From Candidatus Helarchaeota archaeon (GTDB taxonomy: Archaea; Asgardarchaeota; Lokiarchaeia; Helarchaeales; RDOG01), in NCBI GenBank assembly GCA_019058315.1, contig JAHPZH010000002.1:1229910-1293909 (forward strand): DNA of 64,000 nucleotides, read 5' to 3'. Shown here one piece after another: positions 38,617 to 47,802 of the stretch. Position 1 is the first letter of the stretch. Every line of letters begins with the position of its first letter. Made by a program: the position numbers and the translations under genes. Below the pieces are notes generated by a model. The model saw only the letters and a program-made list of their open reading frames with translations. It did not search any database and was not told where the DNA came from.

Positions 38617-40023
38617 ATGCATATTTTAGATTATTTTTTTAAACCAAAATCCATTGCTATTATTGGTGCTTCTAAGAACCCAATGGCGTGGGGAAATTGG
38701 GTTTCACAAAGTGCACTTGGATATAAAGAAAAAGGGAATGTTTATTTAATCAATCCCAAGACTGAAAAAATATTAGGTGAAAAAACATTCCCAAATCTAA
38801 GTGTAATTGATGATCAAATTGATTTTGCTGCAATTATCTTGCCAATAAAAAGAGTCTCAAACGCATTAGACGAGTGCTTAGATAATGGAGTAAAAGCTGC
38901 AACAATTATAACTGCAGGATATGCAGAAACCGAAGAAGGGCGTCCTCTGCAAGGAGAATTAGAAAAATTTTCAAAACGTGGCATAAGACTCCAAGGACCG
39001 AACTGTAATGGTTTTTATAATGTTGCAATGGGTATAAATGTTAGCGCAATCCCTAATAAATTCTTAAGGGATTCGCCCGTGGCATTCGTAACGCAATCTG
39101 GATACATTGGTCATGCTTTGTCTTTATGGGGAGGTGCACGAAATTTATCCTTTGGAAAATATATTAGCGTAGGTAATGAAGCAGATTTAACAATTACGGA
39201 TTATCTAGAATATTTTAGTAATGATCCTACAGTTAAAGTAATTGTTCTTTACATCGAGGGGTTAAAAAATGGTAGGCGATTTTTTAAAGAAGCAAAAAAT
39301 GCAATTCAAAAACGACCAATTATTGTTTGGAAGACGGGAGAATCTAAGGCAGTTGCAAGAGCTGCAGGATCTCATACTGGAAAAATAGTAGGTTCGAAAT
39401 CTATTTTTGATGGTGTTTCAAAGCAAATAGGATTCATTCAAATAAAAGAACCGGAGCATATATTACCCCTATCTCATGCATTATTTAAACATCCTCCTCT
39501 AAATGGAAAAAGAATTGGTGTTATGACAATTGGTGCTGGATTTGCAGTAATTCTAACAAATGCAATTTCAGATAGTGGATTAATAGTCCCAGAATTTTCT
39601 GATGAGGTAAAGATAAAACTTAGAAAAGTCATAAAAGAATATAGGGCATCGATAAAGAATCCAATAGACATAGGAGCTGCTGGGAATTATGATCTTAACA
39701 CAATAATAAAACCTATGAAAATAATATTTGATGAAAATGCAGTTGATGCCATAGTTATGGCTAATATTGGAGAAAATGAATTAGTTATTAAGGAAGCAGG
39801 TATTATGGAAGATTATTTAGCAAAACAAATACAACTATTAGAACAAAAATATGAGCGTCCAATTTTATTATACACAATCATTTCTGAATTTGAAAGTTCA
39901 TCAGTTAAAAAAATTTCAAAAAGAGGTCCTATTTACCACAGTGCTTCGGAAGTAGTGACTGTTTTAAAAGGATTATATCAATTTCGCCAAAATGAACTAA
40001 AATCTTTAAAATTAATAGAGTAA
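38617..40023 (+). CDS. ADP-forming acyl-CoA synthetase, alpha subunit (AcdA-like)
   Basis: Motifs PKSIAIIGAS, QGPNC, TQSG, GNEAD, YIEG, AAGSHTG (phospho-His) and NPIDI. Confidence 0.9.
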   Translation: MHILDYFFKPKSIAIIGASKNPMAWGNWVSQSALGYKEKGNVYLINPKTEKILGEKTFPNLSVIDDQIDFAAIILPIKRVSNALDECLDNGVKAATIITAGYAETEEGRPLQGELEKFSKRGIRLQGPNCNGFYNVAMGINVSAIPNKFLRDSPVAFVTQSGYIGHALSLWGGARNLSFGKYISVGNEADLTITDYLEYFSNDPTVKVIVLYIEGLKNGRRFFKEAKNAIQKRPIIVWKTGESKAVARAAGSHTGKIVGSKSIFDGVSKQIGFIQIKEPEHILPLSHALFKHPPLNGKRIGVMTIGAGFAVILTNAISDSGLIVPEFSDEVKIKLRKVIKEYRASIKNPIDIGAAGNYDLNTIIKPMKIIFDENAVDAIVMANIGENELVIKEAGIMEDYLAKQIQLLEQKYERPILLYTIISEFESSSVKKISKRGPIYHSASEVVTVLKGLYQFRQNELKSLKLIE

Positions 40024-40125
40024 ATTTCATTTAATTGTGCCATTCTTTATTTGCATTGTTTTTTTGATTAAAAGTAACAACTTAAATATTAGATTATTAT
40101 AAACTATCTACAATCATTTGAAGGG

Positions 40126-41838
40126 ATGGCTTTGATAGAAAAAGAAAATACAAAAATTACTGATTCTGTGGAATTTAAAAAACCGTCAAAAGAAGAACGC
40201 AAAAAAATTAGAGAAAAGCGAAAAGCAGAGACAGGTATGCCTACTAAAATGAACCTATACCTCTGGTTCGTGCTTATATTCGCCGGGATCGTCACATTCT
40301 TCGATGGTTGGTGTACACTAGCGATTACCTTAGCTATGGGAAGTTTTGTAGGGGAATTAAATATTGTAGAACAAGTAAATAATCCAGATCTTTTTAATTA
40401 TTTCGGACTTGGAGCGTCGCCCATTATGATGGGAATTATTCTCAGCATAGCGGGAACTGGGGTAGTTCTCGCAATCTCGTTTAAATATTTCGTTGATAAA
40501 TATGGGAGACGTCCTTTAACTCTCATTACTGCCGTCCCATTTATTGGATTCTCCGTTTTGACTGCATTTAGTCCTCCTAATGGTTTAATACTATTTCTTA
40601 TTCTTCGAATTTTAGCGAATTATTTCCTATCTGCAGATATAGTTACGATTATAATCGCTGAAGAATCACCGGCAAATATTAGAGGAAGATTAGTTGCTAT
40701 AGTTCTTGCAACAAATGCTATTGGGGGAATGGCATGTGGGATAATTCAATCATTAGGATTTAGAATCCCAATCCCTGGTCCATGGGGATTTGCTGGATCG
40801 CAGGTAGGGAGCATGACGGTCTGGCAGAGCTTATTTTTTCTTACAATTATAGGATACATTTTTGTGGTTCCGTTATTTTTTTTGTTAAAAGAGACTAAGC
40901 GATTTACAGCTATGAAAAAGTACGAAGATTGGCGAAAGAAGAAAGGATTAAAACCAAAGACTGGCTGGTTTGTTCCTTTACAAAGGAAATATGCCCGTGG
41001 AATGGTGACTAGTATGATTGTGGGATTTTTAGCCCAACTTATATATTTCGCCCAAGTGACCTTCTTTGGCTTGTATTTCGCTAAAGAACTGAATATGTCT
41101 TCAAAAGCAATTGGGATGGTATCATTACCGTTAATGGCAGCAGCAGGTATTGGGATGATAATCGCTGGTCCTATTATAGACAGATGGGGTAGGCTCCCTG
41201 TTATCCACCGTTTCGGATGTACTACTCTTATTGGAGGTATGATTTTCTCTTGGCCTACCGTGTTTGTCTGTGGTGACATATCAAATCCTTTACTCACAAC
41301 TATTGCTGTGACCGGTGGGATGATTGGGATTTTCTCTCTTGTAATATTATCTGCTGCGGGTGCAATTATAGCTTTAGAATTATTGCCGACTCATATCATC
41401 AGCACAGCAATGGGCTGGATTGGAGCTATATCAAGAGGAGCAGTTATTGTAGCACCTTTCTTAATGATGTATGGGGCAGAAGCACTGGGAGGTTTAGGAC
41501 TTTCATACCAATTTATGTTCGTACTTATGGGAATGCCCTTAACAACGGTATTATTTGTAGCGTATTTATTAGTCCCAGAAAGTAAAGGCAGAGCATTAGA
41601 AGAAATTGTAGCTACTGAAGTATACACCAAAATAAAAAAAGCAGATGAAAAAAAGTATAAAGAACCGTATTACTTCTATCTGTCGGCTCTAATTTCATTT
41701 ATTGTTTGTGCTCCTATATATGGGCTTACTACTGATGGTTCTTTTTCAGCTATATTAGCCATGGTTGGATTCTATGGCAGTTTATGCCTAATTTGTTTTT
41801 TATTAGCAATTTGGGTTCGTAGAATGATTACAGAGTAA
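40126..41838 (+). CDS. MFS transporter (paralog 3)
   Basis: Same family motifs as paralogs 1 and 2. Confidence 0.9.
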   Translation: MALIEKENTKITDSVEFKKPSKEERKKIREKRKAETGMPTKMNLYLWFVLIFAGIVTFFDGWCTLAITLAMGSFVGELNIVEQVNNPDLFNYFGLGASPIMMGIILSIAGTGVVLAISFKYFVDKYGRRPLTLITAVPFIGFSVLTAFSPPNGLILFLILRILANYFLSADIVTIIIAEESPANIRGRLVAIVLATNAIGGMACGIIQSLGFRIPIPGPWGFAGSQVGSMTVWQSLFFLTIIGYIFVVPLFFLLKETKRFTAMKKYEDWRKKKGLKPKTGWFVPLQRKYARGMVTSMIVGFLAQLIYFAQVTFFGLYFAKELNMSSKAIGMVSLPLMAAAGIGMIIAGPIIDRWGRLPVIHRFGCTTLIGGMIFSWPTVFVCGDISNPLLTTIAVTGGMIGIFSLVILSAAGAIIALELLPTHIISTAMGWIGAISRGAVIVAPFLMMYGAEALGGLGLSYQFMFVLMGMPLTTVLFVAYLLVPESKGRALEEIVATEVYTKIKKADEKKYKEPYYFYLSALISFIVCAPIYGLTTDGSFSAILAMVGFYGSLCLICFLLAIWVRRMITE

Positions 41839-41882
41839 AAAAGTCATTGAATTAGAACTTTTTTCTAAATATCTTTTAATTT

Positions 41883-42824
41883 TTATTTTAAATAATAATT
41901 TCCATTTTCTTTAATGATTTTACCCTTATCCTCTAATCGTTCCAAATGTTTACGAATTCCAACAGTCTCCCAATTAAAAACCCAAGGATCTATTAAAAAT
42001 TTTGGTCCTCCATAAAGTAAGCCATAATCTCGTATTTGTTCTAATGTTAAAGGGCCATTTTCTAGTTGATTTAAAATCTTTATATCCCGTCTATCAATAA
42101 TTGAAAGATAATCTCTTAAATTCTCCCTAAAATCTTCCCGAGTTACAACTCCTATCTCATGAGCCGTGATAAAAAAATCTACATTAAATTTCGCTATCTT
42201 ATTGGCAGAATCAATAAAATCCTGAATATCTGAGTCCGTACCATGATACCAAGGTCCCCATAGAGTTAAATCGATATCACCTGAATAAATAGCCCCTTCG
42301 TTAGGAAATAATAAACAAGAAAAACCTGCAGAATGTCCAGGAGTTGCAATAATTTTCATTTCTGTCGAGCCAAAATTAAACACTTGTTCATTATGATAAA
42401 TCCCATCAAGTCGTTGTGTTGACAGAACCCATTTATGATTTCGAGAGGGGGAATAAGGTGTTTGTTCAGAATTTGGATCCTTTGTATATTTTAACCAGTC
42501 ATCTATTCCTTGTTGTCCTCTTACTTCATAAGCTCCTACTTTTTTAGGAATGTTAGTTCTATCTTTAAAACAAACACTTTCTATTTCATTTATGAAAATT
42601 TTTGATTTAGAGAACAGAAAATTATTACAAATATGATCAAAGTGATAATGTGTGTTCAAAACTATGTCAATTGTGTTATTTTTCAAAATATTTCTTAAAA
42701 TATTTTCATCAGCACCTGGATCTATTATAACTTTAGTTTTATCATCAATAAAAATTGTTCTGCAAGCCGGAAATCTAGAATATTTCTTCTCTGATAGAAG
42801 TTTTAAATTACCAATTTCTTTCAA
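41883..42824 (-). CDS. Metallo-beta-lactamase fold hydrolase with C-terminal wHTH
   Basis: Motifs THYHFDH, PGHS, GD and AH. Confidence 0.88.
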   Translation of the reverse strand: MKEIGNLKLLSEKKYSRFPACRTIFIDDKTKVIIDPGADENILRNILKNNTIDIVLNTHYHFDHICNNFLFSKSKIFINEIESVCFKDRTNIPKKVGAYEVRGQQGIDDWLKYTKDPNSEQTPYSPSRNHKWVLSTQRLDGIYHNEQVFNFGSTEMKIIATPGHSAGFSCLLFPNEGAIYSGDIDLTLWGPWYHGTDSDIQDFIDSANKIAKFNVDFFITAHEIGVVTREDFRENLRDYLSIIDRRDIKILNQLENGPLTLEQIRDYGLLYGGPKFLIDPWVFNWETVGIRKHLERLEDKGKIIKENGNYYLK

Positions 42825-42928
42825 TTATATCAACAATACGTATAAGATTTAATATTAGAAATTTATTGATTCATTTAATGTCAATGATGTAAAAAATCAG
42901 TTATTAGAAAATAATTGGTTGTAAATTT

Positions 42929-43720
42929 ATGAAATTAAGATGGTTATTAACTGCTGGTTTCGAAATTATTACTGATAATTATAAAATTTTAATAGATCCT
43001 TATATTTCTAGACCCCCAAATGCAGTTCCACAATTAAATATGAAGTTAGATGATATTAGAGACGCAGATGCAATTTTGCTATCGCATGGTCACTTCGATC
43101 ATTCTATTGATATACCAGAACTTGTGAAGCATTCAGAAACAAAGGTGTATTGTTCCGAACCTGTTAAGGAAATGTTTATTAAAAAATTCGGTGTAAATGG
43201 AGAAAATCTAGTTAAAGTCGATGCTGGACAAACCTTTAATTTCGATCCGGATTTTAAAGTTACCATAATTAAAAGCAAACATATAAGATTTAATTTAGGT
43301 TTAATTTTTAAAACACTTTTTTCTAGAAAACCATTTAAGGTAAAAAAATTAACAGGACTCCGCATTAGGGATATAATGAAATATAAAAAAGGAAAAGTAT
43401 TTGGTTATTTATTTGAATTCTCTAATGGAAAAAAATTGTTTGATCTCGGAAGCGGAGGATATTATAAAAAAGAGTTAGAAAAATTACCTAAAGATATAGA
43501 TATATTTCTAGCCCCAGTAGCTGGAAGAGAAGATTGTGATAAAGTTCTTGCAAAAATGGCTAATATTTTCAAACCAAAAATGATAATCCCACATCATTAT
43601 GATGATTTTTTTCCTCCAGTTTCATTTTATGCATATTACTGTTTTGATGAAGAAGTTAAAAAACTAGATCCAAACATAATAGTGAATAAATTAGAACCAG
43701 AGGTATGGTTTGAATTTTAA
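42929..43720 (+). CDS. Metallo-beta-lactamase fold hydrolase (UlaG/UPF0173-like)
   Basis: Motifs IDPY, SHGHFDH and IPHHYD. Confidence 0.88.
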   Translation: MKLRWLLTAGFEIITDNYKILIDPYISRPPNAVPQLNMKLDDIRDADAILLSHGHFDHSIDIPELVKHSETKVYCSEPVKEMFIKKFGVNGENLVKVDAGQTFNFDPDFKVTIIKSKHIRFNLGLIFKTLFSRKPFKVKKLTGLRIRDIMKYKKGKVFGYLFEFSNGKKLFDLGSGGYYKKELEKLPKDIDIFLAPVAGREDCDKVLAKMANIFKPKMIIPHHYDDFFPPVSFYAYYCFDEEVKKLDPNIIVNKLEPEVWFEF

Positions 43721-43753
43721 AATAAATGTAAACATTTAAATGATGGATTAAAA

Positions 43754-44521
43754 ATGGGAATCAGAATTGAGAAAAAAGATGTTGTTACAACTATAATAAT
43801 TGATAATCCCGAAGTGAAAAATGCTGTTGATGGTCCTACTGGCACAGCGTTGGCAAATGCTTTTAGAGAATTTGAAAAAGATAAAAAAGCGCAAGTAGCA
43901 GTTTTATGGGGAGATCATGGTTGTTTCTGCGCAGGAGCCAATTTAAAAGCGATGGTTGACGGATATCATAATCTTGTTAATGCTGATATGACTGCTGATG
44001 GACCGATGGGTCCCTCTAGGATGTTATTATCAAAACCTGTCATTGCAGCTGTTGCTGGTTTTGCAGTAGCAGGAGGGTTAGAATTAGCTTTATGGTGCGA
44101 TTTACGCGTAGTAGAACGTGATGCAATATTTGGAGTTTTCTGCCGCAGATTTGGAGTTCCTCTTATTGATGGAGGTACTGTTAGATTGCCCAGATTAATA
44201 GGTCTAAGCAGAGCACTCGATTTAATACTAACAGGACGGCCTGTAAGTGCCGATGAAGCATTAGCTATTGGTCTTGCAAACCGAGTTGTTGATGTTGGAG
44301 AATCAAGACCTGAAGCTGAAAAACTAGCACGTGAAATTGCGGCATTCCCACAAACTTGTATGAGGGAAGACAGATTATCCGCTTATGAACAGTTTGACTT
44401 AGATTATGATAAAGCAATTGAGAACGAATTTAAACACGGTTTAAAAACTTTATTCAGTGGTGAAACTCTAAAAGGTGCCAAACGTTTTAAAAAAGGCGAG
44501 GGTAAACACGGACAATTCTAA
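43754..44521 (+). CDS. Enoyl-CoA hydratase/crotonase family protein
   Basis: Motifs FCAGANL, AGGLELALWCD and GVPLIDGG. Confidence 0.93.
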   Translation: MGIRIEKKDVVTTIIIDNPEVKNAVDGPTGTALANAFREFEKDKKAQVAVLWGDHGCFCAGANLKAMVDGYHNLVNADMTADGPMGPSRMLLSKPVIAAVAGFAVAGGLELALWCDLRVVERDAIFGVFCRRFGVPLIDGGTVRLPRLIGLSRALDLILTGRPVSADEALAIGLANRVVDVGESRPEAEKLAREIAAFPQTCMREDRLSAYEQFDLDYDKAIENEFKHGLKTLFSGETLKGAKRFKKGEGKHGQF

Positions 44522-44697
44522 ATTAGTTTAAAAGCAAAAATTTTAGAAAAGAAATTGATAAATTAATCCTATAGCTATTATTATGAAAATTATAAGAGGA
44601 ACTAAAACCATTATTTTTGTTTCAAAATCCATCATATAATTCTATATCTATACTTTTAAAGAAATTAAAATTTATCACTTAAGAGAGAGTTAGAAAA

Positions 44698-46158
44698 ATG
44701 GAAGAATATAAAGACTTAACAGAATACGCGCTTGAATATGCACGCGGAAAAAAAATCGAATATGCAGAGGTTCGATTTGAGACTAACAACAGAGATTCTC
44801 TAGTTTTTATTAATGGAAAAATGCATATTGGCAAATTGCCCTTTGAACTCGTCACTGATGCATTTAGCCGAAAAACGGGGGTGAATATCCGTCTGCTCGT
44901 AAATGGGGGAATGGGAATGGCTACGACTAATAATCTAACAAAAAATTCTATCCGAAAAAGCGTAGATCAAGCTTTTAAAACCGCTAAAAGAAGTGGAGAC
45001 CAAAGAAAGACCCCTATTAGGATGAGTGAAGAAAAAGTTCATGAAATCAAATGGAAAAGTAAATATAATATTAATCCAATGGATATTCCCTTAGCCGAAA
45101 AAATTGAATTCATTCAAGATTTTATAAATATTTTTTCTGAAGAGAAATTTCAAGTCAATTATATTCATTTTTTTGTTTTAATTAATGAACAACGAGATAC
45201 ATATTTTATAAATAGTGATGGAGCGAAGATTTCAGGACATGTCCCTCGAATAGCTTTTATTCCCTTTATTATAGGAACCCAACCTGGTGGAAAAAATGAA
45301 CAATCGATGAGTATGTTTTGTACTACAGCTGGTTGGGACGATTTAATATCCCAAAATTTAAATGAAAAAGTAAAAGACAAGATAAGGGTAATTGGTAATG
45401 TCATTATAAATGCAAAAAAACCCCCAAAAGGAGAAATGGACTTAGTTCTTGGACCATCCGTCACCGGAATTATATCTCATGAAAATTGTGGACACCCTCA
45501 CGAAGCTGACCGCATTTTGGGACGGGAAGGTGCCCAGGCAGGAGAGTCCTATCTAAATCAGCACAAAATAGGTTTCAAAATTGGAAATGATTGTGTTAAT
45601 GTGTTTGAAGATCCTACAATTCCTGGCTCTTATGGCTTCTACTTATATGATGATGAAGGTGTTAAAGCCAGAAAACGAGAATTAATTAAAAATGGAATTT
45701 TTAATGAAATGTTACAAAATAGGGAGACAGCTGCTGTATTCAATATTCATAGTAACGCTGCTGCAAGAGCCATTGCATATGATAAAGAACCACTTATAAG
45801 AATGGCAAATACATATTTTGCTCCGGGAGATTTCTCGTTTGAAGAAATGATAGAAGATGTTAAACTGGGGATTTTTATGAAATCTTTTACAGAATGGAAT
45901 ATTGATGATAAAAGACTACAAGCAAAATATGTAGGACAGGAAGCTTATTTAATTGAAAATGGGGAAATTACCAATTTAGTATTAAGACCCATCCTTGAAA
46001 TTTCAACACTTGGATTATTTGGTAGTATCGATGCCCAAGGAAAGAAAGATACTATTGAATGGCAAGGAGGCTATTGTGGTAAATCTGACCCAGCACAAGA
46101 ATGCCCAGTTTGGATGGGAGGCTCAACAATTAGATTAAGGAAAGTAAGGTTAGGATGA
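44698..46158 (+). CDS. tldD: TldD family metalloprotease
   Basis: Motifs HENCGH..E.DR, YDDEG, RMANT and CGK. Confidence 0.9.
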   Translation: MEEYKDLTEYALEYARGKKIEYAEVRFETNNRDSLVFINGKMHIGKLPFELVTDAFSRKTGVNIRLLVNGGMGMATTNNLTKNSIRKSVDQAFKTAKRSGDQRKTPIRMSEEKVHEIKWKSKYNINPMDIPLAEKIEFIQDFINIFSEEKFQVNYIHFFVLINEQRDTYFINSDGAKISGHVPRIAFIPFIIGTQPGGKNEQSMSMFCTTAGWDDLISQNLNEKVKDKIRVIGNVIINAKKPPKGEMDLVLGPSVTGIISHENCGHPHEADRILGREGAQAGESYLNQHKIGFKIGNDCVNVFEDPTIPGSYGFYLYDDEGVKARKRELIKNGIFNEMLQNRETAAVFNIHSNAAARAIAYDKEPLIRMANTYFAPGDFSFEEMIEDVKLGIFMKSFTEWNIDDKRLQAKYVGQEAYLIENGEITNLVLRPILEISTLGLFGSIDAQGKKDTIEWQGGYCGKSDPAQECPVWMGGSTIRLRKVRLG

Positions 46159-46167
46159 GTTGATCAA

Positions 46168-47541
46168 ATGAATGAGAATAAATCTGAAATATTACTGGAT
46201 ACTTTAGAATCTGCAAAAAAATACATTGAAAACTTTTGTACTGATTGGGTTATAAAAGGAACGATAAAATCAAACAATCAAATTCGTTTTTCTGATAGTC
46301 AAATTGACATTAATAAGAATTGGGATGAAATTAAATTAGATCTATTTTTAAGTAAAAAAAGAAGGACTACAGAAATAACAATCTGCGATCTGCGAATACA
46401 AACCATTGAAAATACTTTAAATTATTGTGAAAAATTGTTAAATGTTGTTAAAAAAAATGCTGATTTTAGAAGATTGCCCGAGGGACCATATAAATACAAT
46501 GGTAAAATTCAGATTTATGATAATAAGGTAATCAGTTTAGGAGAAAAAGCAATTGATTTAATTGAAGAGAGTAAAGAGGCTGCATTAGGTCAAGGGGCAA
46601 AAAGAGTAGCAGGATCATTTTATTTCGGCAGTTCGGAGAGTATTTTAAAAACAAGTTCAGGTCTAGAGGGGAAATATAAGAAAACAAACTTAAATTTCCG
46701 AATTAGGGCATTTGCCACAGACATGTATGCTACTGGAGAAAGTATCTCATGCTCAACTCATTTAGAAAAGGAGTTCGATCCTAAACAAGCTGGAGATGAG
46801 GCTGGAAAAATTGCCAAAATGGCATCGAATGGGAAAAAAGGAAAACCTGGGTTATATAATCTTATTATATACCCGAAAGTATGCAATGAGTTACAAGCCC
46901 CAACACCTGCTTTAGCTATGAATATTTATGCGAAAAAAATGGGATTATCATGGTTACTTGGAAAAAATGTAGGAGATAAAATAGCTAGTGGACTAATCTC
47001 TGCTTGGGATGATGGAAGAATTAATTACGGTTTAGGTAGCTCCCCTTTTGACGATGAAGGGGTTCCTACAAAAAAAACATTACTTATTGATAAAGGAATC
47101 ATGCGTCAATATTACACCAATACATCTTTTTCTAAAAAAGGCCAAGAATCCACAGGAAATGCAGGAATCATTATACCCAGACCTTCTAATACAGTATTTT
47201 CCACAGGAACCCATACACTCGAGGAATTAATGGAAATCTCTGAAAAACCAACACTTATTATCACATCCACATGGTACACTCGTTACCAAAGTTATGCTCC
47301 TCCAGCCATATTTTCTTCACTTCCTAAAGATGGTATGTTCTTGGTAAAAAATAGAGGAAAAATTCTCGAACCAGTTAGAGAACTTCGAATTAATTCTAAT
47401 CATCTTCATATGTTAGAACATGTTCTAGCATTGGGAAAGGAGTTAAAACAAGTCGCACCTTGGTTAATTTCTAGTGGGAAAGCTATATTTGCACCATTTA
47501 TGCTTATTGAAGATATAAGAATGTCAACTGGAACAAAATAA
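46168..47541 (+). CDS. TldE/PmbA family protein
   Basis: Motifs FDDEG and STGNAG, no HExxH; directly follows tldD. Confidence 0.85.
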   Translation: MNENKSEILLDTLESAKKYIENFCTDWVIKGTIKSNNQIRFSDSQIDINKNWDEIKLDLFLSKKRRTTEITICDLRIQTIENTLNYCEKLLNVVKKNADFRRLPEGPYKYNGKIQIYDNKVISLGEKAIDLIEESKEAALGQGAKRVAGSFYFGSSESILKTSSGLEGKYKKTNLNFRIRAFATDMYATGESISCSTHLEKEFDPKQAGDEAGKIAKMASNGKKGKPGLYNLIIYPKVCNELQAPTPALAMNIYAKKMGLSWLLGKNVGDKIASGLISAWDDGRINYGLGSSPFDDEGVPTKKTLLIDKGIMRQYYTNTSFSKKGQESTGNAGIIIPRPSNTVFSTGTHTLEELMEISEKPTLIITSTWYTRYQSYAPPAIFSSLPKDGMFLVKNRGKILEPVRELRINSNHLHMLEHVLALGKELKQVAPWLISSGKAIFAPFMLIEDIRMSTGTK

Positions 47542-47802
47542 TAAATTAAATTTTAATTTTTGCATTTAATAACACTATGATTAAAATTATTATCGTAAAA
47601 TATCATTTAATAAAAAATTTCTTTTAAAATTAGAAAATTATAAGGAGAAAATTAGGAATCAAATATTTGAGTAGAAGTTTTTGTTATTTTTGAAAGTTTT
47701 TTATTCATTTTTTCGTTTTTTTTAACAAATAAGTATTTTTAGGGATAAATACAATAAAACATATAGTAATATATCACTGTAATATTCGAAGGAATGATCT
47801 AG

